Shown here in pieces: positions 20,644-30,784 of a stretch of 58,974 bases of DNA (positions are counted from its first letter, which is position 1; each line of letters opens with the position of its first letter). The stretch is from contig JBHLME010000009.1 of NCBI GenBank assembly GCA_048938445.1, positions 1 to 58,974 on the forward strand. Direction: 5' to 3'. Below the pieces are notes generated by a model that saw only the letters and a program-made list of their open reading frames with translations, was not told the DNA's origin and ran no database searches. This stretch comes from Promethearchaeota archaeon. Its GTDB lineage: Archaea > Asgardarchaeota > Lokiarchaeia > Sigyniarchaeales > SOKP01. The position numbers were made by a program, and so were the translations under genes.

Positions 20644-20888
20644 TCAATAAATTAGAAATATTATTTTTCTTAAAATTATCCTTATATTCTCTTGAATCTT
20701 TTATATGTCAAAAAATTTTTGGTTATAAACCTCAAGTATTACAATAAAAATTTTTGCTAAATTCACTTTAGAGCCTTATTTACCTAACTGAATTATATTT
20801 TTTGTTTCAATAAACTAAAAAGGTGGATCGTTACAAAAATATTTAAATATGAAACGTTGCATATATATCATAATACAAAATAATTGAG

Positions 20889-22421
20889 GTGATATTTCAA
20901 AAAATGAAAAGGTCTGATGATGAAATTATCGCTACTATTACGACGAAAGTTAAGGAAAAATTAGATTTTGAACAGATTGCTAATAACCATGCTGAAGTAT
21001 TTTATAATCCTACAAAATTTCCGGGATTGGCCATTCAAATCGAAAATCCAAAAGCAACTGTAGTATTATATTCCACTAAAAAAATTGTTATTGCAGGACT
21101 TATGCAAATATCAGAAGTCGATCAAGTCGTAGAAAAAATAAAAAAAATATTACGTGAAGAAGGAATTGAATTAACAGACCCTGAGATCCATATTGAAAAT
21201 TTAAAACCAATTATATTAAAAATCTGTCTTTTAGGTGACAAGGGTGTTGGAAAGACTACATTAATGAACCATTTTTTAGAAGATTCAAAAAATCGTAAAT
21301 TCCAAGATAAAAAAGAAATAATTGGTGTAAATTTTTTCGAGACGACAACTACTGATATTGAAGGGAGAAAAGTCATAATGCAATTATGGAATATAATTGA
21401 TAATGAGAAATTTAAAAATATTCAACGACATTATCTCAAAGGAGCAAAAGCAGGAATCATTGTATATGATATAACAAATAAATCCAGTTTTAAGAGTATT
21501 GATGATTATATTTCCATGTTTAGGAAATCGAAAAGAAATCGAGATTTACCAATCATTTTAATTGGAAATAAAATCGATTTGAAAGATAACAGAGAAATTA
21601 TCAATACTCAAGGGTCTCAAATGGCCATAACGAGAAAATTGGCAGGTTATTTTGAATGCTCTGCAACAGATGCAAAAGGAGTAAAAAAAATATTTGATTT
21701 AATATCTCAAACTTTATTTCGTGGAGTATATTTGAACACTATTTCAAAAGCATTAGAAAATGAGCTTACTCTAAGAATCCTTATCAATTTAAACATGTTT
21801 AAAGAATTGAGTTTAAGTGAACTTTCGAAACACGTGCACAAAAGTAAAGCAACATTATCTCGTCATACAAGGAAATTGATCAAGTTGGGTCTTATTGAAA
21901 CCACCATTAAGGACATAAAACCTCAAGCAGGTACGATTAATAAACAATATTATTCTTTAAAGAAAGAGTTAAGTTATCATCTTGGAAAGGAGCATTTCAA
22001 TTTTATTAACATGAAATCTAAGGTAAAATGGGAGACTTTTAATGAGTTCTATATTAAAAAATTGTTTACCTTCAACTCAATCAATTTAATATCAAAAAGA
22101 CTAAATGATATGGTATTAGATTTTAGCAATAAAATTTTTACAGGATACCCGCCATTAGTTAAAGAGTTTGGAAAGTATTTAGAACACTTACCTATAAATA
22201 TGCATTATTTAAACGAGAAACAATATAAAAAGGTACAAGTACTTATAGGAGATTTTAATTTGAATTTAAATAAAATTCTGGCTGAAGATGATGCTTCAAC
22301 GAAATGTTACTTACTAGCGAATATGATCCTTCCAATTATAGACACCATTAACCTCTTTGACAAACCTAACATGTTTTATCAAATAGTTTTGAGACGCCAA
22401 TTGAAAAAACAAGAAAAATGA
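20889..22421 (+). CDS. fusion: single TBP repeat + Rab-like small GTPase (degenerate G2/G3) + ArsR-like wHTH + helical C-terminus
   Basis: YNPTKFPGL..IENPKATVVLYSTKKIVIAG (TBP); GDKGVGKT, NKID, ECSA (GTPase); LRILINL...LSLSELSKHVHKSKATLSRHTRKLIKLGLI (wHTH). Confidence 0.85.
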   Translation: MIFQKMKRSDDEIIATITTKVKEKLDFEQIANNHAEVFYNPTKFPGLAIQIENPKATVVLYSTKKIVIAGLMQISEVDQVVEKIKKILREEGIELTDPEIHIENLKPIILKICLLGDKGVGKTTLMNHFLEDSKNRKFQDKKEIIGVNFFETTTTDIEGRKVIMQLWNIIDNEKFKNIQRHYLKGAKAGIIVYDITNKSSFKSIDDYISMFRKSKRNRDLPIILIGNKIDLKDNREIINTQGSQMAITRKLAGYFECSATDAKGVKKIFDLISQTLFRGVYLNTISKALENELTLRILINLNMFKELSLSELSKHVHKSKATLSRHTRKLIKLGLIETTIKDIKPQAGTINKQYYSLKKELSYHLGKEHFNFINMKSKVKWETFNEFYIKKLFTFNSINLISKRLNDMVLDFSNKIFTGYPPLVKEFGKYLEHLPINMHYLNEKQYKKVQVLIGDFNLNLNKILAEDDASTKCYLLANMILPIIDTINLFDKPNMFYQIVLRRQLKKQEK

Positions 22422-22576
22422 TTTATAGGACTAATAATTGGTTTTCATAAATAATTAAATCATTTTTTAAAATGATTAAAAAAATGGATGTGATATCTCT
22501 ATAAAAGTACATTTAAAAACTTCCTCGAGAATTATATTTAATAAAGAAATATGAAATATAGATAGAGGGTAAATTC

Positions 22577-23014
22577 TTGAAGTGTCTAGTTTTAAGTCAT
22601 TTTAACAGTACAATCGGACCTAAGATTATCAAGAAGGTTGGTGATGAAATTTTAAAAGACCATCTAGAAGAAATCTTAGGATATATAGACTATCATGAAA
22701 AGGGTTATTTTATTCACGAATTCAAGGAGATTAAATCTGCAAACATGATTTTTTCTGTGAAAAGTCCCATTGCTAGGGGGAGTAAAGAAAAAATAATGAT
22801 ATCCGTTGTTTTAATAGGTGATGAGACCGATCCAAGGAGATATTACCATCTCTTAGAACTATTTGTAAAAAAATTCAAACAAATAAAGGATGTTTATCAA
22901 GGTTTTTACTTAACTGAAGATAATAATTCCATTGCTCAAGAATATTTAATAAAAATGGAAAAATTAATGTTTGAAATTTATAAAAAATTTCCTTTAAAAT
23001 CAATTGTTATCTGA
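22577..23014 (+). CDS. uDENN/longin-like domain protein
   Basis: LVLSHFNSTIGPKI matches the F-x4-GP start of uDENN/NPRL2-like longins; ARG motif; 145 aa alpha/beta. Confidence 0.55.
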   Translation: MKCLVLSHFNSTIGPKIIKKVGDEILKDHLEEILGYIDYHEKGYFIHEFKEIKSANMIFSVKSPIARGSKEKIMISVVLIGDETDPRRYYHLLELFVKKFKQIKDVYQGFYLTEDNNSIAQEYLIKMEKLMFEIYKKFPLKSIVI

Positions 23015-23078
23015 GAGAAATTGATTTAAATTCACTAATAAAATTCGATTTATAGATGAAGTTAGAAAACTTAAGGAA

Positions 23079-23948
23079 CTATTTTAGAGAAATCTTCTTT
23101 CCAGTAAAATCTCTTTTATTTTTTCCAAAATCTTCCATTTTACTTAAGATTTCTGAATTAAAAATAGGGCCATCCTTGCAAACTAACATTCCTACTGGAT
23201 CAATGGTGCATAATCCACACAAACCACATCCGCATCTCATTATTCTTTCAAGACTTGCATGCATTTCAATTCCATATTTGTGGCATATCTTAAGAAGTTC
23301 ACACATCATTATTTCTGGGCCACACGTGTAGACAATAGTATCTTCATACTCTTCACTCGCAATCTCTTTAATTTGATTCTCAAAGATTTTTGTAGCAAAA
23401 CCTTGCTGTCCATAGCTACCATCATCCGTACAACATAAAAATTCGCAGTTTTCTCGGGTTATCTCAAAAATTTCATCGATAAATATTAACTCTCTATCTT
23501 CCTTTGCACCCTCAATTACTTTAAATGTAAATTCAGAATTCTTCAATATTTGGGAAAGAAATTTAAGAGGTGCCATGCCTATACCTCCACCTACCAAGAA
23601 CACGTGTTTTTGTGATTTTTGAGGTAATTTAAAGTAATTGCCAAGCGGACCTCTTACTCCAATGTAATCTCCGGCTTTCAATTCATAGAGTGCTTTTGTA
23701 CATTCTCCAACATCTTTTACTGTAATTGACCAATTACCAATATCATCACAAGAAGAAATGGACATTGGAATTTCATCTACTCCTGGAACCCAGATCATTA
23801 CAAACTGGCCTGGCTTTGGCACATCAACATTATTCAATTTAAAAAAAAAAGTTCTAATCCCTTTACATTCATTGATAATTCGTGTAATTTTTACAGTTTG
23901 GATGATATTTTTAGTCAAAATCAGGTTCCTCCTGAGTAGTAAATTCAT
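23079..23948 (-). CDS. pyrK: dihydroorotate dehydrogenase electron transfer subunit
   Basis: PGQFVMIW, RGPLGN.F, GGGIG.AP, CGPEIM, MRCGCGLCGLC...VCKDGP; true start may lie slightly downstream. Confidence 0.93.
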   Translation of the reverse strand: MNLLLRRNLILTKNIIQTVKITRIINECKGIRTFFFKLNNVDVPKPGQFVMIWVPGVDEIPMSISSCDDIGNWSITVKDVGECTKALYELKAGDYIGVRGPLGNYFKLPQKSQKHVFLVGGGIGMAPLKFLSQILKNSEFTFKVIEGAKEDRELIFIDEIFEITRENCEFLCCTDDGSYGQQGFATKIFENQIKEIASEEYEDTIVYTCGPEIMMCELLKICHKYGIEMHASLERIMRCGCGLCGLCTIDPVGMLVCKDGPIFNSEILSKMEDFGKNKRDFTGKKISLK

Positions 23949-24840
23949 GAGCTAATCCTTTTATTTCTGAAATGTTTTTGAATTCATTTTGTCTTAAATA
24001 TTCTAACAATCCATCAGTAATATCATTGATTATTTCAATTCCTTGGTGTAAGGCAGTACCAAGTTGTACAGCTGTCGCTCCGGCTAGAAAAAATTCAATT
24101 ACATCTTCCCATCGAGAGATCCCTCCACATCCAATTATAGGGATTTTTAATACTTTATATAGGTCATATACTTTTTTAATTGCAATTGGATGAATGGCTT
24201 GTCCTGATAACCCACCACTTCCATGGGCTAATATTGGTCTTCTTGTATTAACATCTATAGCTAAAGCAACGACAGTATTTATAGCAACAACTGCGTCAGC
24301 ACCACCTTTCTCAGCAGAAAGTGCTATTTCTCCTATGTTTGTAACATTAGGATTTAATTTTACAAATAAAGGAATTGTTAACTTTTGCTTTAAATAAGAA
24401 ACTACTTCATATGTTAATTCTTTGTCTATTCCAATTGATGATACTTCAGCATGGGGGCATGAAATGTTTATTTCGATAGCATCAGCACCTTCTTTCTCAG
24501 CTTTTAACGCTATATCTAAATAAGTTTCCTTTTTATCTCCAAAAACACTTACAATTAGGGGGATATTATAATTTTTTATTTCCCTTATCTCATTTAAGAA
24601 TTCTTCAATACCCGGATTTCCCAATCCGACAGCATTCATAAACGTGCCAGGGTAAATCTCGATTATTGAAGGATTTTTATAACCTTTTCTTGCAACGGGG
24701 CCAATAGATTTTGACGTTACCGCGCCTCCCCCTGCTTCAATAAATCTTTTCATTGAAGAATGAGATACACCTAGAATTCCAGAAGCTAAAATCAAAGGAG
24801 AATCTAATTTTAGTCCAGCTAATTCAATATTTAGTTTCAT
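23911..24840 (-). CDS. pyrD: dihydroorotate dehydrogenase 1B catalytic subunit
   Basis: ASGILG, NAVGLGNPG, EINISCPH, KLNPN, GGLSG, GCGGI. Confidence 0.96.
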   Translation of the reverse strand: MKLNIELAGLKLDSPLILASGILGVSHSSMKRFIEAGGGAVTSKSIGPVARKGYKNPSIIEIYPGTFMNAVGLGNPGIEEFLNEIREIKNYNIPLIVSVFGDKKETYLDIALKAEKEGADAIEINISCPHAEVSSIGIDKELTYEVVSYLKQKLTIPLFVKLNPNVTNIGEIALSAEKGGADAVVAINTVVALAIDVNTRRPILAHGSGGLSGQAIHPIAIKKVYDLYKVLKIPIIGCGGISRWEDVIEFFLAGATAVQLGTALHQGIEIINDITDGLLEYLRQNEFKNISEIKGLAHEFTTQEEPDFD

Positions 24841-24971
24841 ATTTCGGAATTTTTTTACTGTATATAATAAAATACATTAAATTATAATATTGTGGTTATT
24901 TATTGGATTAGAAATTATTTATTATATAAATTGCTATATTTAATGAAATTAATAGTATGGAATTTTAAAAA

Positions 24972-26198
24972 ATGAAATGCTACATCATTGATACCTTAAG
25001 TGGTCTATTTGCGGTGGATGAATCTGGAACACTTATTAATTTTTTAGATTTCAACGATAATGAGCAAAATATCGTGGAATTCTACATTTCACTTGATGAG
25101 GGAGAAATTATTGGAGATATTAATAATTTATTTTCAGAATTAACTCACACGGGATTTAACGAGTTCATTTTTGATAATAAACAATTTAAAAATGTAATAG
25201 ATCAAAAAAAACATTATACTTCTCATTTAGAGATAAACTCCTTAGAATTCAGAAATTTTAGATTTAATTTAGAATCACAACTCCAAAATGTTGGTATCAG
25301 CAAAACAAAGGACGAGATTCTATTAAAACACAAAAAAGTTAGTCAAGATTTAATAAAATTACAAATTAGTAAAGCAGGTCAACAAGGAGATGTAGCAATA
25401 ATCCAAGCAATTGAGACATTAAATACGTTAAAGAAATCTATTAGCTTATTTTCTGTGCGTCTAAGAGAGTGGTATGGAATACATTTTCCTGAGTTAACGG
25501 ATAAAGTAATTGAAGATAATATTATCTTAGCAAAGTTAGTATCTACTTTAGGCCATAGAGATAATTATACTCTCGAAAGACTCGGGGAAAATTTCGATTT
25601 AAGCTCAAAAAGGATTGATTTTCTAATAGAAAATGCTTCAAGTTCAATGGGTGCTGATATTGATCTTACAATGGTAAAAAATTACGCAAACCAAATTATA
25701 ATGTTAGATTCATATCGGGAAGAATTAGAAGAATATTTAGAAAAATTAATGGAAGATGTTGCCCCAAACCTCATGTCAATAATTGGGAGTTTGATTGGTG
25801 CTAAATTAATTACAAAAGCAGGAAGCCTAAAGAAATTGGCTTTTATGCCCGCATCAAGGATACAATTACTTGGTGCTGAAACGGCTTTATACCGCTTTCT
25901 TAGAACTGGTAAAGGAATTCCAAAGCACGGTTTAATCTTTCAATGGAATCAAATTCGTGGAAGCAAGGCATACTTGCGAGGTAAAATAAGCCGGATTGTT
26001 TCAGGTAAGATTGGAATTGCTGCAAAAGTCGATTATTTTAGAGGTGATTTTATTGGGGAGGATATTTCAAAAGATTTATCTAATAAAATTAAAGAAATTG
26101 AAAACAAATATCCAAATCCTCCAAAAAAAATAAAAAAAACAATGCCAAGTAATAAATCAGTAAAAAAACAGAAAAAAAGGGGGAAGCGTGGTAAATAG
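24972..26198 (+). CDS. nop5: box C/D sRNP protein Nop5 (Nop56/58)
   Basis: RLREWYGIHFPEL, APNL, PASRIQLLGAE.ALYR, PKHGLIFQ, RGKISR. Confidence 0.96.
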   Translation: MKCYIIDTLSGLFAVDESGTLINFLDFNDNEQNIVEFYISLDEGEIIGDINNLFSELTHTGFNEFIFDNKQFKNVIDQKKHYTSHLEINSLEFRNFRFNLESQLQNVGISKTKDEILLKHKKVSQDLIKLQISKAGQQGDVAIIQAIETLNTLKKSISLFSVRLREWYGIHFPELTDKVIEDNIILAKLVSTLGHRDNYTLERLGENFDLSSKRIDFLIENASSSMGADIDLTMVKNYANQIIMLDSYREELEEYLEKLMEDVAPNLMSIIGSLIGAKLITKAGSLKKLAFMPASRIQLLGAETALYRFLRTGKGIPKHGLIFQWNQIRGSKAYLRGKISRIVSGKIGIAAKVDYFRGDFIGEDISKDLSNKIKEIENKYPNPPKKIKKTMPSNKSVKKQKKRGKRGK

Positions 26199-26896
26199 TG
26201 AATGATGTAGAGATAAGAGCACATCCAAAATTTTTCAATGTATACGTTTCTGGATCTCCCGAAAATTTAAAACTATATACTAAGAATTTAGTTCCTGGAA
26301 TTAATGTATATGGAGAAAAATTAATCAATTTTCGGGACGTGGAATATAGAGAGTGGGATCCTTATAGAAGTAAACTTGCAGCAATATTACTAAAAAATCC
26401 GAGACTTAATTTTTTAGAAAAAAATCTAAACTGCTTGTATTTAGGGGCTTCATCAGGCACGACAATATCCCATCTTTCTGATATTATAATTGAAGGAGTG
26501 ATATATGGTGTTGAATTTGCTCCAAGAAGCATGAGGCAACTAGTTCAAAATACTAGTGAACGGAATAACATAATACCCATTTCAGGAGATGCTAATTACC
26601 CCGAAAACTATGCAAAGGCAATTTTTACTAGAATTGACTTGATATATCAGGATGTTGCACAGCCAAATCAAGCTGAAATAGCACTGAAAAATTGTAATTA
26701 TTATCTCAAAAAAGGAGGAATTTTAATTTTAGCAATAAAATCTCAATCAATCGACAGTCTAGCAAATATTGAAAAGATATTTAATGAAGAAAAGAAAGTG
26801 CTCGAAAATTCCGGATACGAAATAATCGAAAGCATTAATATTCAAAAACATGCTGATAAACACGCGGTTCTTATTACAAAAAAAATTAGTGGTTAA
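26198..26896 (+). CDS. flpA: fibrillarin rRNA/tRNA 2'-O-methyltransferase
   Basis: EYREWDPYRSKLAA, LYLGASSGTTISH, YQDVAQPNQ. Confidence 0.97.
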   Translation: MNDVEIRAHPKFFNVYVSGSPENLKLYTKNLVPGINVYGEKLINFRDVEYREWDPYRSKLAAILLKNPRLNFLEKNLNCLYLGASSGTTISHLSDIIIEGVIYGVEFAPRSMRQLVQNTSERNNIIPISGDANYPENYAKAIFTRIDLIYQDVAQPNQAEIALKNCNYYLKKGGILILAIKSQSIDSLANIEKIFNEEKKVLENSGYEIIESINIQKHADKHAVLITKKISG

Positions 26897-27593
26897 AATA
26901 CTCGGTTATTTTTTTATTTTCTAACTCTTGATTTAAAATTTTTTTAGTAGTATCCCAAGTTTTTCGTGCAAATTCTGGAGCTTTTTTATGTTCCTTTATC
27001 CATTGAACGAGAAATTTTCTCGTTCTCTCATCAGAAGGATATCCCGATCCTATTTCTCCGTAATTCTTTTTTAATTGTTCTATGATATCATCCCTTTTAT
27101 TCTTAGCAATTATAGATGCTGCTGAAACTATTGGAAAAAGATCATCAGCTTTATGTTTTGATATAATTTTTTTTGGTTTGTATTCAAGGAGTTTTTTAAT
27201 TGAGTTCCCAAATCTTTCCTCATTTACATCAGCAGCATCTAAATAGAGGAAATCAGGTTTTAACTTATTAGCAATCTCTGCCATTTTTATTTCCTCAATT
27301 CGGTTTAAAGTAATTTTTAATTGTTCTCTTTGGTCGATTTCTCGAGGAGATACAATGATTAAATGATATGAGGAGCATTTTTGGATTATTAAATTAGCTA
27401 ATTCTTTCCTTTTTTTTGAACTTAACTTTTTAGAATCTTTTGCACCAATTTGCACTAAGAATTCCAATTTTTTTTCAGGAAAACAAACACCGCATAATAC
27501 TAATGGTCCTAAGACGGGGCCTTTAGGGACATGAACCTAATTGATTTATATTCTCCCAGCCTCGTCAATCCCACAAATAATTGATTCGCCCAT
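26886..27593 (-). CDS. rnhB: ribonuclease HII, split by a 30-nt insert (exon 1 27593-27552, exon 2 27521-26886; 225 aa if joined)
   Basis: exon 1 MGESIICGIDEAGR; exon 2 GPVLGPLVLCG...DSKKL...LDA...HKAD..FPIVSAASIIAK..RD...GSGYPSD. Confidence 0.9.
27522..27551 (-). other. candidate BHB-like mRNA intron in rnhB
   Basis: ATATAAATCAATTAGGTTCATGTCCCTAAA with in-frame TAA and TAG; exon/exon and exon/intron pairing gives a bulge-helix-bulge-like fold; boundaries can shift by 1 nt (27523-27552). Confidence 0.7.
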
Positions 27594-27608
27594 TTAGACA
27601 CCTTGCAC

Positions 27609-28049
27609 TTAAAGAAACATATTATCAGATTGCTTTTCTTTCTTTTTTGCTTCTTCATGTGCTTTTTTCATTTCTTCAAGGATTTCTGCGCCTTTCGGAT
27701 CTTTTCTATACATGAATTGAACTAACCTGTTTTGTTTCAATTGTAATTCAAATAAAATATTTGCAATATGATTCATTATTTGAAATTGGGTATCGCACAT
27801 TTGTTTCAGGTTTTCAACATTACATTCGTCACAATTGTTAGCGCAATCTCGCCAATCGTCAAAAAATAAGTCAATGTTAACATCTCGACTTGTTTGCATC
27901 CGATAAATACAATCCTCGCAGTTTTTATCTGCCCTTACTTTGTATTCATATATTTGCTTGACCAAGGTTTCTGCATAATTCCATTTCGATTTATCATCGA
28001 GTTCTTTAAACTCTTCTTCAGATAATAAGGTAACTTTTAATTCGTCCAT
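27609..28049 (-). CDS. hypothetical Cys-rich helical protein
   Basis: 146 aa ORF; CEDC, CANNCDEC, MC. Confidence 0.6.
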   Translation of the reverse strand: MDELKVTLLSEEEFKELDDKSKWNYAETLVKQIYEYKVRADKNCEDCIYRMQTSRDVNIDLFFDDWRDCANNCDECNVENLKQMCDTQFQIMNHIANILFELQLKQNRLVQFMYRKDPKGAEILEEMKKAHEEAKKKEKQSDNMFL

Positions 28050-28144
28050 TAATAATGCAATATTCGATTTATTAAAAAAATTTAGGAAGCAAGTTAGATC
28101 AATTCTTAATTCCTTTTTTTATCTCTCTTTTTTCCATAAAGGAA

Positions 28145-29158
28145 CTAAGATTCGTCTTTTTGAATAAATTCCACAAATTCAAATTCATTGTCAATTTTTT
28201 CTAAATTCTTCATTTTCAGAATAGGTATTTTTTTATTCCTAATAGTATCAGAAATCCGAAAATCGTTATCAACTATGAAAATACCCTTTTTTTGGAATAA
28301 TTGAGAAAACATGTATAAGAAGTATTTGAAGCTCAACTCGCTAGCTTTTCCTTTTTCACTTGGAACTTTAGAAAAAAGAGGAAATATTGCATTTTCTTCA
28401 CAATTCCTTTCATATTTATTACAATGAATAGACATCTCGAAAGGAGTTAATCCTTTTTTATACCAATGTGCTTCTATACCTATGTCTTGAATTACATCTT
28501 GTATGTGAGATTCAAATGGACTAAGCTCTTGACCAGCAAATGAATGTTCATCATTTATATTAAATTTTACATTCCATTCAAATATATTGATACTCTTAAA
28601 AATGGTTTGCTTTGGATCTTCTAAAATTTTAATAATTTTTTCTGCAATTTGTTGAGAAGGGCGCATGCTTTCATTTTCATATGAACAAATCGTTCTTTTT
28701 GTAACTTCAAGCTCCTCTGATAATCCTTTCCTATTAATGTTCTTTTTTTCTCTTAATTCTTTCATCTGTACACCATCAAGAAAGATTACTCCTCCTCCTC
28801 TTCTAGCTAACACATATGGATAACTTTGATTTAAAATTGTGTTTTCAAAAGTATTATAAGTAATAAAGGGTAAATCCTCACGAATATATATCGTATTATC
28901 TTCTAGTTTTTGATAACGATTCTTAATCCCAATTAATATTGGTTTAGATTTCAATAAAATAGACATAGATTTAATTCCATTAATGATACTCATATTTAAA
29001 TTATCTATATTAGAGAATACCTTTATTAACAAGATGGCACTCTCTTTTTTAACCAATAAATCGAAACAATACTTATTTTTTTCCTCAATAGTAAATGTTT
29101 CATAATTAGCTTTCTTAAGTAAGACGCTAACCTTTTGAACTATATTTTCAACTAGCAC
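28145..29158 (-). CDS. archaeal XRE-HTH transcriptional regulator (COG1395-like)
   Basis: FDLLVKK..LLIKV..NID, ARRGGG..V..DG..MKELRE...LSEELEVTKRTICSYE. Confidence 0.85.
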   Translation of the reverse strand: MLVENIVQKVSVLLKKANYETFTIEEKNKYCFDLLVKKESAILLIKVFSNIDNLNMSIINGIKSMSILLKSKPILIGIKNRYQKLEDNTIYIREDLPFITYNTFENTILNQSYPYVLARRGGGVIFLDGVQMKELREKKNINRKGLSEELEVTKRTICSYENESMRPSQQIAEKIIKILEDPKQTIFKSINIFEWNVKFNINDEHSFAGQELSPFESHIQDVIQDIGIEAHWYKKGLTPFEMSIHCNKYERNCEENAIFPLFSKVPSEKGKASELSFKYFLYMFSQLFQKKGIFIVDNDFRISDTIRNKKIPILKMKNLEKIDNEFEFVEFIQKDES

Positions 29159-29441
29159 TTTTCTATTTATACAAAATCAAATGTAATAAAAAAAGGTTAC
29201 TTTTAAACTAAATAAGAGTCCATTCATAACGAACAAGAAATTGAAACATTGATAAATACTTACCTCTAAGCTATTTTTTTAATCTCAACTTTATACAGAT
29301 TGCCCTTTTAGTTTGATTTAAAGACATTTTTTACTTTTTTATTTTAAAAAATAAAATTTTTTTTATAACATGGTTAATTTAAAAATATACTTAAATGAAC
29401 ATTTGAATAAAACAAAGAACTTACAATTGAAAGTTGATTAA

Positions 29442-30677
29442 ATGTTAAAAATTGACAGAGCAAAATTTGATCCTATCGAAAAATCTGACTTTCCTGAAAT
29501 TGTAGAAAGAAAGGGTGTTGGACATCCAGATTCAGTGTGTGATGCTGCCGCAGATGCTTGTTCTAGAGCATTATGCACGTATTATTTTGAAAATTTTGGT
29601 CGTTATTACCACCATAACGTTGATAAAGCAGCGTTAGTTGGTGGAATTTCCAAGCCAGAATTAGGTGGAGGATTGATAATCGAACCAGAATATTTCTTAA
29701 TTGTTGGTCGTGCAATCAACCAAATAATGCGGGAAAGTAAATTAGAATATATTCCTGTTGCTACAATATGCCTTGATGCTTGCCGTCAAGTAGTTGGTGA
29801 TGTGTTTAGAAATATTGATATTCAATCAAATAAGCACATTCAATTTGATTACGCGGTTCGACCAGGTTCTATTGATTTAACAGGAGTTTTTGAAGAATCT
29901 GATGCAATGGAACAAGTTCCTCTTGCAAATGATACAAGTTTTGGAGTGGGATATGCACCATTTTCTGATGTCGAGAAAATTGCTTTAGAATCTGAAAATT
30001 TACTTAATTCTGATGCCTTTAAAGATAAATGTCCTGCTTCAGGAGAAGATATTAAGGTTATGGTACAACGTGTAGATAAAGACATCGATATTACTGTCTG
30101 TGGAGCAATGGTGAGTAAGTATTGTAATGATAAGGATGCATATGTCAATGCCACGAATCAGATGAAAGACGCTGTCTTAGATTTAGCTGCAAAAATCATT
30201 CCTGAAAAGAATTGCTCGTGTTCAGTTAATGTTGGTGACAATATTGAAGCGGGAATTCTATATTTAACCGTGACAGGCACTTCAGCAGAAGCGGGAGATG
30301 ATGGTGAAGTTGGGAGAGGAAATCGAAGTAATGGATTAATTACCCCCTGCCGTACAATGTCATTAGAGGCCGTCTGTGGCAAGAATCCTATAAACCACGT
30401 TGGAAAGATTTATAACGTATTAAGTACTGAAATTGCACGAGAAATTGTTGAAAAAGGTCAAGGGGATATAGTTGAGGCACATGTGAAATTACTATCACAA
30501 ATCGGACGCCCTATCACAGATCCTTGGGTTAATTCAATAAGTCTTATCCCAGCAGATAACGTTAATTTTGAAAGCATAAGTAAAATTGCTGAAGAAGTCA
30601 GTAGAAGTAAATTATCTCAAGAATATCTCATAGATTTAAGAGAAAGACTCATTGCTGGAAAGGTTCAAGTATTTTAA
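29442..30677 (+). CDS. mat: archaeal S-adenosylmethionine synthetase
   Basis: EIVERKGVGHPDS, HHNVDK, ANDTSFGVG, GEDIKVM, GDDGEVGRGNR, GKNPINHVGKIYN. Confidence 0.97.
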   Translation: MLKIDRAKFDPIEKSDFPEIVERKGVGHPDSVCDAAADACSRALCTYYFENFGRYYHHNVDKAALVGGISKPELGGGLIIEPEYFLIVGRAINQIMRESKLEYIPVATICLDACRQVVGDVFRNIDIQSNKHIQFDYAVRPGSIDLTGVFEESDAMEQVPLANDTSFGVGYAPFSDVEKIALESENLLNSDAFKDKCPASGEDIKVMVQRVDKDIDITVCGAMVSKYCNDKDAYVNATNQMKDAVLDLAAKIIPEKNCSCSVNVGDNIEAGILYLTVTGTSAEAGDDGEVGRGNRSNGLITPCRTMSLEAVCGKNPINHVGKIYNVLSTEIAREIVEKGQGDIVEAHVKLLSQIGRPITDPWVNSISLIPADNVNFESISKIAEEVSRSKLSQEYLIDLRERLIAGKVQVF

Positions 30678-30784
30678 GATTTTTTAATAGCAAAAAAATT
30701 TTTCTTTTTATTTCTTTTTTTCTATTAAATAGAAATAGTAATCTACTATTAAGTATAATTAAGAAAAAGAAAAGTGATCATTCA

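Noticed and set aside
27522-27551. Stop read-through (Sec/Pyl) or simple pseudogene explanation for rnhB
   Set aside because: Stops are TAA and TAG, and 10 extra residues would sit inside the catalytic motif; both halves show no other decay and no target-site duplication. A pseudogene is disfavoured but not excluded
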